A stretch of 41,733 nucleotides of DNA from a virus. Taxonomy: Duplodnaviria; Caudoviricetes. Numbering within the stretch: position 1 is the stretch's first letter; every line of letters begins with the position of its first letter. Shown here in pieces: positions 33,975-41,733 of this stretch. The stretch is taken from IMG/VR virus record IMGVR_UViG_3300033406_000016, positions 1 through 41,733 of that record; one strand, 5' to 3'. The notes beneath the pieces were generated by a model, which worked only from the letters and a program-made list of their open reading frames with translations, did no database searches and had not been told where the DNA came from. The position numbers were made by a program, and so were the translations under genes.

Positions 33975-34682
33975 TCAGGCGCTGCCGGTTTCTGCCGATT
34001 TTTCGGCGTCGACCGCAGGGCTTGAGTTCTTGATGAGCGTGTCGATACGCTCGATGTCCTTTTTGACGCCGACCTTGTCGAACAGCTCGAAGGCACGGAC
34101 GAGCCGCGCGCGGGCCCAGGCGAGGTCGCCGTCGGCGCGCATTGCGTAGCCGCTGGCCTTGTAGAGCTTGGCGCGTACCTGGTCGGGCATGTCCTTACCG
34201 TCGGTGAGCTCGATGGCGCGATCCAGGTATGGGCGCAGGACGAGCAACTGGTCCTCGGGGATCTTGAGAGCGAAGTCGGCGATTTCCTCGGCCAGCACAC
34301 ATGGCACGTCGCGCTGATACTGGTCGGGCATGACGAGGTTGTGGCGCAGGGCGTATTCGCCGATGTCGAGCGCGGTGGCGAACTGTCCGGCGTCGACGGC
34401 CCAGACGAAGACGGTCATCAGCACATCGTCCTGGCGGCCGTTGTCGCCCTCGAGCACGCCGGCGATCCAGTCGGCGTATTCGGGCAGCAGTGTGAGCTTG
34501 AGGGCTGCCTTGAGCTCCAGGGACTTGATTTCCTTGAGTCGACGCTTGTCGTCGGCCAGCTTGGCAAGCATGAGCTCGTAGGCGTTGGCTGCGTTCTTGT
34601 CGCGGGGTTGGTCGGTGTTTTCCGGCTGTTGGGCGGCGGCCATGGCTTGCTGGTAGTGGGCGCGGGCGGGGCTGTGGCGCAT
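33975..34682 (-). CDS. Terminase endonuclease subunit M
   Basis: SPARAH, YELML.KL..D.RRLK, QDDVLMT..VW..DAG, DMPDQVRAKL, GVKKDI. Confidence 0.95.
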   Translation of the reverse strand: MRHSPARAHYQQAMAAAQQPENTDQPRDKNAANAYELMLAKLADDKRRLKEIKSLELKAALKLTLLPEYADWIAGVLEGDNGRQDDVLMTVFVWAVDAGQFATALDIGEYALRHNLVMPDQYQRDVPCVLAEEIADFALKIPEDQLLVLRPYLDRAIELTDGKDMPDQVRAKLYKASGYAMRADGDLAWARARLVRAFELFDKVGVKKDIERIDTLIKNSSPAVDAEKSAETGSA

Positions 34683-34741
34683 GGGGTTTCCTTTTTGACA
34701 GCCCGGCTGGTGGTTGGCCGGGCTGTTCAGGGCTACGGTGG

Positions 34742-35758
34742 TCAGACGATTTCGATGTTCTCGGCGGCGCAGAAGAGGCCGTAGTCTTCGATGACGTAGG
34801 CGTCGTTCGACGACTCGTAGTTTTCGATCTGGTCGCGCTTGGCGTTGTCGACGATGGTGCGGCGGCGGCCGCCCGTCTGGTAATAGCGGGACAGGTTGTC
34901 CATGCGGGTGACGACGATCTTGCCGGCCGGGAAGTACGGGACGCGGACGGCTTGCAGACCGCCGACGCGCTTCTGGCTGAGGATGACGTCGGCTGCGATC
35001 TTGTTGACGTTGTCCTGCGCCTTGTTGACCAGCGGGAAATACTTATCGGACAGCAGGTCGCGGCCCATGATGGCGACGAGCTCGGTGTCTTCGCGGTACC
35101 AGGGGTCGAGCAGGTTGTCGACCATGTCCATCACCAGGGCGTCGAGGTTCTTGTAGCCCTGGGCCAGGGTGCGGTCGTCGCCGATCTGGATCTTGCCGGT
35201 AGACCCGATCTGGGTCATGACGCGGGCAGCGGCATTTTCGCGGGCCTTCTGCAGCCAGCCCTTGTTGACGTCCTGCAGCAGGGGGTTGGCGGCGCGGTTG
35301 GAGGTGGCTGCCCGCGACGTGCCGTTCCAGCCAATGGTCATTACGTCGAGGCCTTGACGCTTGAGGATGGCGTTGCGCAGGCGGGTCTGGAAATCCTTGA
35401 ACTTGGCCCAGGCGTCGAGCTTGGAATACTTCAGCGCGGTGTCGAAGTTGGTCTGGGTGCAGAGGTAGCCCTGATTGTCCAGCGTGGTCGGGTCGGTCGG
35501 GACGCGGTCCTGCGCAGTGGTGTCGGTCGTGCTGGCAACGGTTGAGCCGATGCCGAGGCCGATCTTTTCACCGGATTGTTCGTCGACGCCGATATTGTTG
35601 ATCTGGCTCAGGAACTGGCTGGATTCCTGAATATGGTCTTCCAGCGTCTGTTGGACGCTCGCCGAGACGGTGAATTTCTCTGTGGCCGATGGAACGTCGG
35701 ACAGATTGGCGATCGCCTGGGTGTAGGCGTTGAAGGCAAGGCGGGTTTCTTTACGCAT
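34742..35758 (-). CDS. P2-family major capsid protein N
   Basis: VQQTLE..IQESS.FL, Y.C.QTNFD, NPLLQDVNKGWLQ, YESSNDAYVIED. Confidence 0.97.
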   Translation of the reverse strand: MRKETRLAFNAYTQAIANLSDVPSATEKFTVSASVQQTLEDHIQESSQFLSQINNIGVDEQSGEKIGLGIGSTVASTTDTTAQDRVPTDPTTLDNQGYLCTQTNFDTALKYSKLDAWAKFKDFQTRLRNAILKRQGLDVMTIGWNGTSRAATSNRAANPLLQDVNKGWLQKARENAAARVMTQIGSTGKIQIGDDRTLAQGYKNLDALVMDMVDNLLDPWYREDTELVAIMGRDLLSDKYFPLVNKAQDNVNKIAADVILSQKRVGGLQAVRVPYFPAGKIVVTRMDNLSRYYQTGGRRRTIVDNAKRDQIENYESSNDAYVIEDYGLFCAAENIEIV

Positions 35759-35791
35759 TGTGTTCTCCGGGGAGCGGGATTTGGGTGCGGG

Positions 35792-36631
35792 TTAGCAGTC
35801 GGTCTGAATCTGGCCGTCGCCGCCGGCAGCGTTCGGGCGGGTCTTGTCGTCTCCGTCCGTGTTGCCGAGGGTTTCCTTGAGGGCGGCAAAGTCCTTGCTC
35901 ATGGCCTCAAGTTTCTCGGCGCTGGTCTTGAGCTGGGCGGCGAGGTCGGTGCCGGCCTTCTCCTGGTTGGCAAACCGGTCGAGCAGGTTCTTCTGGCTTT
36001 CGGCGACGGCGGTAATGGCATTTGCCTGGTCGGCGAAGCGGGCATCGGCGTCCTTCTTGCCGAGGCCGAGCAGGTCCTTGACCTTGGAGAACAGGAAGTC
36101 ACCGGCCGACGGGGCGGCGTCAGTAGCCTCCCATTCGATGGCGACTTCCTGGGCGGCGCTAAACAGGTTGGCGGGGTCGCGCTTGCGGCTGGCGAAGGGG
36201 TTCTGTTCTGCCTTGGCAGCGAACTGCATGACTTCGGTGCCGAGCGAGGCCGGGTTGTCGGTGAAGGCGAGGCCTTGCAGGTAGGCCTTGCCGCTCTTGG
36301 CAAAGTCCGGGTTGACCTCGATGGAGCAAAACATCTTCTTGCCGGCCTTCTGCAGGGCGACGATGGCGTCGTTGGCGTCGAAGGTGGCCAGCAGCTGCAG
36401 CTTCTTCTCGCCGAGGATTTCGGCTGTTCGGGTGCTCAGGGCAACGACCTTGCCATAGGCAGAGAAGACGCTGTCCGGCAGCATGCTGATGTAGTGCTCC
36501 AGGTTGCCGAGGGCGGTATAGGCCTTCTGGTCATATGACTCGGCCATCTGCTTGATCCATTCGGCAGTGATGACGCGGCCGTCGGTGGTGGCGCCTTCGG
36601 TTGCGATGGCGAACGGCTTGGAAACGGGCAT
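35792..36631 (-). CDS. Capsid scaffolding protein O
   Basis: EGATTDGR.I...WI.QMA..Y, NLEH, AYL.GLA.TDNPASLGTE, C-terminal TDC. Confidence 0.96.
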   Translation of the reverse strand: MPVSKPFAIATEGATTDGRVITAEWIKQMAESYDQKAYTALGNLEHYISMLPDSVFSAYGKVVALSTRTAEILGEKKLQLLATFDANDAIVALQKAGKKMFCSIEVNPDFAKSGKAYLQGLAFTDNPASLGTEVMQFAAKAEQNPFASRKRDPANLFSAAQEVAIEWEATDAAPSAGDFLFSKVKDLLGLGKKDADARFADQANAITAVAESQKNLLDRFANQEKAGTDLAAQLKTSAEKLEAMSKDFAALKETLGNTDGDDKTRPNAAGGDGQIQTDC

Positions 36632-36683
36632 GGTGTCTGGCTCCGGTCTGTGTTTTGTGGTGACCGGGCCAGTTTCGGGCAGC

Positions 36684-36760
36684 GTCGCGCGGGGGGCAAA
36701 GGCTTGTGGGCGTAGCCCGGCTGCTTACTCCCGGCGGGCGGCTACGCCTTTCGCGCGCGC
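36684..36760. promoter_or_regulatory. Divergent late promoter region O/P
   Basis: GTCGCGCG at 36684 and CGTAG-N9-TTACT at 36711 (27-bp offset); CGCGCGCG also precedes P. Confidence 0.5.
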
Positions 36761-36777
36761 GGGTAGCCTCGGCTCCC

Positions 36778-38562
36778 ATGACTGCTGCGCTGCCTCATTC
36801 GTCCATTCCGCCCGAGATCGATCCGCGTCGCCGTGCCCGTGATTTGTACTGGCAGGGCTGGCGCGTGATCCGCATTGCCGAGCACCTGGGCGAAAAGCCA
36901 GCAACGATCCATAGCTGGAAGCGGCGCGATGCCTGGGACGACTTCGACCCGGTACAGCGCGCCGAGGTGAGCATCGAAGCGCGGCTAATCGCCCTGGTCG
37001 CCAAGGAGGAGAAGGACGGGGCCGATTGCAAGGAGATCGACCTGCTCGGCCGGCAGATGGAGCGCTTGGCGCGGGTAAAGAAGTATTCGAAGGACGGCAA
37101 TGAGGCCGACCTGAACCCGGCGGTGGAGAACCGCAACGCCAAGACCCGGGCCGGGACGCGCAAGCAGCCGACGCGCAATGCGATCAGCGAGGAGCAGCAG
37201 GAGCAGCTGGTCAAGGCCTTCATGGAGTCTCTGTTCCCGTACCAGGACAAGTGGTACCGCAGCGGCTTGAAGGCGCGCATCCGCAATCTGTTGAAGAGCC
37301 GGCAGATCGGGGCGACGTGGTATTTCGCCCGCGAAGGGTTAGTCGATGCGCTGGAGACCGGTCGCAACCAGATTTTCCTATCCGCTTCGAAGGCGCAGGC
37401 CCATGTCTTCAAGGGCTACATCAAGCAGTTCGCGGCCGACGTGGCTGATGTTGAGCTGCAGGGCGATCCGATCGTGTTGCCGAACGGGGCGACGCTGTAC
37501 TTTTTGGGGACAAATAGCCGGACGGCCCAGTCGTATCACGGCAATGTTTACATGGACGAGTACTTCTGGATTCCGAAGTTCCAGGAGTTCCGCAAGGTGG
37601 CCTCGGGCATGGCGATGCACAAGCATTGGCGCCTGACCTACTTCTCAACGCCGTCGGCGGTCTCGCATGAGGCTTACCCGTTCTGGACCGGCGAACTATT
37701 CAACAAGGGCCGGGCCGGCCCCGACAAGATCAAGCTGGATGTCACCCATGCGGCGTTGAAGAACGGCCGCGATTGCGAGGACGGCCAGTGGCGCCAGATG
37801 GTGACGGTGCTGGATGCGTTGGCCGGCGGATGCGATCTGTTCGACATCGAACAACTGCGCCAGGAGTACTCCCCGGACGAGTTCCTGAATTTGTTGATGT
37901 GCGAATTCATCGACGACGGGCAGAGCGTTTTCCCGCTGGCCTCAATGCAACGCTGCATGGTGGATTCCTGGGCGCTCTGGGACGACTTCAAACCGTTTGC
38001 CGCGCGGCCTATGGGCTGGCGCGAGGTGTGGGTGGGTTACGACCCGTCGCACACCGGCGACAGTGCGGCGCTGGTGGTGGTGTGCCCGCCGGCCGTACCG
38101 GGCGGCAAGTTCCGCGTCCTCGATCGCGTCCAGTTCAAGGGCATGGATTTCGAGGAGCAGGCGGCGCGGATCAAGAAAATTACCGAGTGCTACAACGTGG
38201 GCTACATCGGTATCGACATGACTGGCCTCGGCCAGGGCGTCTACCAACTGGTCAAGCAGTTCTTCCCGCGCGTGGTCGGCTTCCAGTACAGCCCAGAGGT
38301 CAAGGTGCGCCTGGTGCTGAAGGCGATGGACGTGATCAACAAGGGGCGCCTCGAATTCGACGCCGGCTGGACGGATCTTGCCGCTGCCTTCATGGCGATC
38401 AAGAAGACGACGACGGCCAGCGGCCGGCAATTCACCTTCGAAGCTGGGCGCTCGGAGGCCACTAGTCACGCCGATCTGGCGTGGGCTTGCATGCATGCGC
38501 TGTTCAACGAGCCGCTGGAAGGGCGCTCGGCAGTGAATCAATCCTCAATGGAGATTTTTTGA
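36778..38562 (+). CDS. Terminase ATPase subunit P
   Basis: LYWQG, LKSRQIGATWYFA, YMDEYFW, STPS, GYDP, HADLAWA; start set at ATG 36778. Confidence 0.97.
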   Translation: MTAALPHSSIPPEIDPRRRARDLYWQGWRVIRIAEHLGEKPATIHSWKRRDAWDDFDPVQRAEVSIEARLIALVAKEEKDGADCKEIDLLGRQMERLARVKKYSKDGNEADLNPAVENRNAKTRAGTRKQPTRNAISEEQQEQLVKAFMESLFPYQDKWYRSGLKARIRNLLKSRQIGATWYFAREGLVDALETGRNQIFLSASKAQAHVFKGYIKQFAADVADVELQGDPIVLPNGATLYFLGTNSRTAQSYHGNVYMDEYFWIPKFQEFRKVASGMAMHKHWRLTYFSTPSAVSHEAYPFWTGELFNKGRAGPDKIKLDVTHAALKNGRDCEDGQWRQMVTVLDALAGGCDLFDIEQLRQEYSPDEFLNLLMCEFIDDGQSVFPLASMQRCMVDSWALWDDFKPFAARPMGWREVWVGYDPSHTGDSAALVVVCPPAVPGGKFRVLDRVQFKGMDFEEQAARIKKITECYNVGYIGIDMTGLGQGVYQLVKQFFPRVVGFQYSPEVKVRLVLKAMDVINKGRLEFDAGWTDLAAAFMAIKKTTTASGRQFTFEAGRSEATSHADLAWACMHALFNEPLEGRSAVNQSSMEIF

Positions 38563-39635
38563 TGAGCAGGAAACGCAAATTTAAGGCGCAGTCGGCGCCG
38601 GTTGTGCCGGCCGCGCAGGCAATGACCTCCACGGCAGGAAGCGTTGAGGCCTTTGGCTTCGGCGACCCTGAGGCGGTGCTTGACCGCCGCGAGATCATCG
38701 ATTACCTGGAGTGCCCGGATAACGGCAAGTGGTACGAGCCGCCGATCAGCATGGACGGCCTGGCGCGATCGAGCCGCTCAGCGGTGCATCATGCCTCCGC
38801 GATGATCGTGAAGCGGAATATCCTGATGAGCTGCTTTGAGCCGCACAAGCTGCTGTCGCGTACAGATTTCTCGATCTTCGCGCATGAGTTCCTGATCTTC
38901 GGCAATGCCTACCTGGAACGTCGCGACAGCATGCTGCGCTCGGCGATGTCGTTGAAGCCGGCTAAGGCGAAATACACGCGGCGCGGGGTGGATCTTGACC
39001 GCTACTGGTTCATCCCGAAGTGGAACGAAGAACACGAGTTCCCGAAGGGCAAGGTGTTCCACCTGATGGAGCCGGATATTAATCAGGAGGTCTATGGCCT
39101 GCCGGAATACATTCCGGCCCTGCACAGTGCCTGGCTCAATGAATCGGCCACCTTGTTCCGGCGCAAGTATTACAAGAACGGCTCGCACGCCGGCTTCATC
39201 CTGTATTTGACCGACCCGGCACAGAACCAGACGGACGTCGATAACCTGCGCGAGGCGTTGAAGAATGCCAAGGGTCCAGGGAATTTTCGCAATCTGTTCG
39301 TCTATGCACCGAATGGCAAGAAAGACGGGCTGCAGATCATCCCGGTCAGCGAAGTGGCGGCCAAAGATGAGTTCGCCGGCATCAAGAACATCACCCGCGA
39401 CGACCAGCTAGCCGCCCACCGCGTTCCGCCCCAACTGATCGGGATCATCCCGAACAACACCGGCGGATTTGGCGATGCCGAGAAGGCGGCCAAAGTCTTC
39501 AACGCCAACGAGATCGAACCACTCCAGGCCCGCCTGCGCGAGGTGAATGACTGGCTTGGGGAAGAGGTAATCCGATTCAAGCCGTATGCGTTGGCGGCGG
39601 AGTCATCACAGTCTTCCCCCGGCAAACCCGGGTAG
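38562..39635 (+). CDS. Portal protein Q (PBSX/P2 type)
   Basis: FGDPE.VLD, WYEPP, DINQEVYGLPEY, KGPGNFRNLF, AAHRVPPQL. Confidence 0.97.
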   Translation: MSRKRKFKAQSAPVVPAAQAMTSTAGSVEAFGFGDPEAVLDRREIIDYLECPDNGKWYEPPISMDGLARSSRSAVHHASAMIVKRNILMSCFEPHKLLSRTDFSIFAHEFLIFGNAYLERRDSMLRSAMSLKPAKAKYTRRGVDLDRYWFIPKWNEEHEFPKGKVFHLMEPDINQEVYGLPEYIPALHSAWLNESATLFRRKYYKNGSHAGFILYLTDPAQNQTDVDNLREALKNAKGPGNFRNLFVYAPNGKKDGLQIIPVSEVAAKDEFAGIKNITRDDQLAAHRVPPQLIGIIPNNTGGFGDAEKAAKVFNANEIEPLQARLREVNDWLGEEVIRFKPYALAAESSQSSPGKPG

Positions 39636-39643
39636 GAAGTGAG

Positions 39644-39750
39644 ACGGTGCGACCGGAGAGGGTGGTGGAACACCCGACCCGGCCACCTCCAGCAGAGCGA
39701 GCTGCTTTCAGCCAAGGCACCGCACCGTGCACACGGCGGGCCGAAGGCTA
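39644..39750 (+). ncRNA. Candidate structured leader RNA upstream of the adenine MTase
   Basis: ACGGTGCG/CGCACCGT closing stem around GGGTG/CACCC and AGCAG/CTGCT hairpins; competing CCGTG/CACGG hairpin. Confidence 0.45.
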
Positions 39751-39774
39751 TCACTTAATGCGAATCGCACCAAT

Positions 39775-40542
39775 ATGACTAGAGTTAACCCACTTGTTCC
39801 TTGGATCGGTGGCAAGCGCCGCCTGGCAAAGCACCTGCTGCCCCTCTTTCCGGAGCATTCCTGCTATGTGGAGCCGTTCTGCGGCGCCGCCGCGTTGTTT
39901 TTCATGAAAGATCAGGTTGAGTCTGAGGTTCTCAACGATATCAACGGTGATCTGGTGTCGTTGTATAGAGTGGTCAAGCACCACCTGGAGGAGTTCCTCC
40001 GGCAATTTAAATACTCCCTTGCCAGCCGACAGATTTACGACTGGCTGAAGGCGACGCCGGCTGAGCCGCTAACTGACATTCAACGGGCTGCGCGCTTCTT
40101 CTACCTGCAGAAGCTGGGCTTCGGCGGCAAGGTCGATGGGAGGACCTTTGGTACTGCGACAACCTGCCCGCCAAGGCTCAATCTATTGCGCCTGGAAGAG
40201 GATCTATCTGCCGCGCACCTTCGCTTGCACCGCACTTACATCGAGCACTTGCCTTGGGAAGAATGTATCCGTCGATACGATCGGCCTCACACTCTGTTTT
40301 ACTGTGATCCTCCTTACTGGGGCACTGAGGGATATGGCGTCGATTTTGCGCTGGGCCAGTATGACCGCATGGCGGAACTGGCAAAGACGATCCAGGGGAA
40401 GATGATCATCTCGGTCAACGACATCCTTGAAATGCGACAAGCCTTCGCCGGACTGGCAATGGACACCGTTGGCATCAGCTATTCGGTGGGCGGTGCAGGG
40501 CGACGCAGCAATTCGACAGAGCTGATCATCCGCAACTTCTGA
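39775..40542 (+). CDS. D12-class N6-adenine DNA methyltransferase (Dam-like)
   Basis: PWIGGKRRLA, YVEPF.G, NDIN, DPPY, ELII.N; start at ATG 39775. Confidence 0.93.
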   Translation: MTRVNPLVPWIGGKRRLAKHLLPLFPEHSCYVEPFCGAAALFFMKDQVESEVLNDINGDLVSLYRVVKHHLEEFLRQFKYSLASRQIYDWLKATPAEPLTDIQRAARFFYLQKLGFGGKVDGRTFGTATTCPPRLNLLRLEEDLSAAHLRLHRTYIEHLPWEECIRRYDRPHTLFYCDPPYWGTEGYGVDFALGQYDRMAELAKTIQGKMIISVNDILEMRQAFAGLAMDTVGISYSVGGAGRRSNSTELIIRNF

Positions 40543-40573
40543 TACCTGTCCAACTTAGCGGCCAAGCCGCCCC

Positions 40574-40600
40574 AAGCCGCCTGTCTGTGCGGCTTTTTTT
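40574..40600 (+). terminator. Terminator between convergent genes
   Basis: AAGCCGC-N8-GCGGCTT followed by a T run. Confidence 0.75.
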
Positions 40601-40613
40601 CGTCCAAGTTTCG

Positions 40614-40835
40614 CTACTTCCAATCAGGAAGCGATGCATTCCTCAAGAACGCACTCGTGCTGTTCTCCAATGGATCATTGGAAAGCAGTGTCTCGATTCG
40701 CGATCCATCAACAGGCACGGCGTCCGGGTGCTCAGCCTTCATCAACTGTTCTTCAAACGCCGCCTTGGTGGTGATCATCTTGTTCTTGATCGGGCAGAAG
40801 TAGCGCCACCGATACCTCACAAGCACTGAGCCCAT
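40614..40835 (-). CDS. Small putative SOS-regulated protein
   Basis: MGSVLVRYRWRYFCPIK... 73 aa with GAGGGG RBS and a LexA box upstream. Confidence 0.6.
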   Translation of the reverse strand: MGSVLVRYRWRYFCPIKNKMITTKAAFEEQLMKAEHPDAVPVDGSRIETLLSNDPLENSTSAFLRNASLPDWK

Positions 40836-40856
40836 AGTCACCCCTCATTCAAATAA

Positions 40857-40872
40857 CTGTACGTCTATACAG
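40857..40872. promoter_or_regulatory. LexA (SOS) box
   Basis: CTGT-ACGTCTAT-ACAG, overlapping a minus-strand TATACT -10 element. Confidence 0.8.
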
Positions 40873-40926
40873 TATATTGCTCGACGGGGAAAAATCAGCT
40901 CAAAAAATAGGCAACCCACCCCAGCC

Positions 40927-40991
40927 GCGCGCGGTCGGGACCCCGCCCCGCCCACCCGCTTTTCGTATGGAAAAGGTTGCACCTTGCAACC
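40927..40991. other. P2-type cos site (19-nt core 40934-40952)
   Basis: Minus strand GGCGGGGCGGGGTCCCGAC-CGCGCGC resembles P2 GGCGAGGCGGGGAAAGCAC-TGCGCGC; GGTTGCA-CCT-TGCAACC dyad nearby. Confidence 0.75.
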
Positions 40992-41139
40992 ATGGTCCGA
41001 TCCGCACCCAGGCTGGGCGGCTGCGGCACTCTCCGCTTGAAAAATCTGTGCGAATCCATGCACCCAAGGACTTGCAGCATCGTATTTCGATGCATAGGCG
41101 GGCGTCTGTTCACTGAAACGGATGTCGATTTCGGAGAAT

Positions 41140-41502
41140 GGTAACTTCGGTAATCGGTCCTGAATCCTGTTCGTATGTGATTGATTACGTTGGTGAAATT
41201 GAGTTACTTGTGAAAGGTAATATCTGGTAACTAAAAAGGTAATTTTTCTTTAAGTTGTTGATTTTATGAGGTTAAAAAATCTCTTCTGCTTACCTTTGTA
41301 AATAGTAATTTGGTTACCTATCTATTACTCAAAAGTTACCTTTGATCACTTCGCCAAGATGGCCGTGTATCAGGGCTTTCCAAGCTATTTTTACAACCGA
41401 TTACCTTTGTTACCTTTTTCCGAAGGCCGCCTTACTTTAAAATCATTGCTTCGCGCACATGACGTACATGCACGCGCGCACCTCATGCATGCATATATAT
41501 AG
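41140..41502. repeat. Putative replication origin: opposed GGTAA/TTACC iterons around an AT-rich core
   Basis: GGTAA at 41140, 41149, 41216, 41226, 41238; TTACC at 41290, 41314, 41336, 41401, 41410; purine/pyrimidine-alternating tract after. Confidence 0.6.
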
Positions 41503-41598
41503 ATGCCTCTATGAACCGTTGGTCTTGGGGGAATGGAAAGGGAACAGAATGTGGCGACGGCCTGGTATCCATTGCAGCACCAAGGTGCAACGAAATAC

Positions 41599-41622
41599 AT
41601 CAAGGGCTTAAATGGGAATTGA
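41599..41622 (+). repeat. attR
   Basis: ATCAAGGGCTTAAATGGGAATTGA, matching 110-133. Confidence 0.85.
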
Positions 41623-41733
41623 ACTGACACTGATTGGTCGGGGCTACTGCCACCTCTGCCACGATATGGAGAAAGCTCTGCTTCCCCTGGTGGATGAGTA
41701 TGGTGTGGCCTTGAGTATTCTGGATGTCGATGC
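41612..41733 (+). CDS. Host glutaredoxin-like protein (DUF836 type), 5' part
   Basis: MGIELTLIGRGYCHLCHDM...ILDVD with a CxxC motif; such genes commonly follow degP/mucD in betaproteobacteria. Confidence 0.8.
   Translation, partial: MGIELTLIGRGYCHLCHDMEKALLPLVDEYGVALSILDVD

Larger units (their letters stand above)
110..41622. mobile_element. Complete P2-like (phiCTX-type) prophage
   Basis: Integrase at left end, full P2 morphogenesis gene set, cos-like site, and flanking 24-bp imperfect direct repeats. Confidence 0.95.

Noticed and set aside
39775-40542. Restriction-modification system
   Set aside because: No cognate endonuclease lies next to either methyltransferase; both look like orphan MTases
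40562-40581. CCAAGCCGCC tandem duplication as an insertion target-site duplication
   Set aside because: The copies are adjacent, part of terminator hairpins, and enclose no element
41140-41436. CRISPR array or satellite repeat
   Set aside because: The repeats are only 5-8 bp, irregularly spaced and in both orientations, and there are no cas genes

Overview
The window holds one apparently complete P2-like (Peduoviridae, phiCTX/phiRSA1-type) prophage of about 41.5 kb, from attL (~110-133) to attR (~41599-41622), in a GC-rich, probably betaproteobacterial chromosome. It is integrated where a DegP/MucD protease gene overlaps a glutaredoxin-like gene. Gene order: integrase and xis; a leftward early operon (PAPS-reductase-like protein, ASCH protein, C5 cytosine methyltransferase, small ORFs, P4-alpha-like primase-helicase, Ogr, CII/YdaT-like, antirepressor-like, RHH Cro); a rightward lysogenic operon (cI, secreted thermonuclease, Zn-ribbon protein, coiled-coil membrane protein); an AT-rich 2TM moron; a full P2 tail, baseplate, lysis and head module with an SGNH esterase gene inserted between M and L; terminase and portal; an adenine methyltransferase with a structured leader; a small gene preceded by an SOS box; cos; and an iteron-like putative origin. 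The most unusual observations are (1) a cytosine MTase with five tandem TRD-like modules near ASCH and PAPS-reductase-like genes, (2) an antirepressor-like protein fused to a copy of the replicase C-terminal domain, (3) a 2TM moron coupled to a 9-aa micro-ORF, (4) an SOS-controlled small gene alongside a repressor with no autocleavage domain, and (5) an att site that recodes the host gene end synonymously. All family assignments come from motif recognition and gene order; no database search was run.
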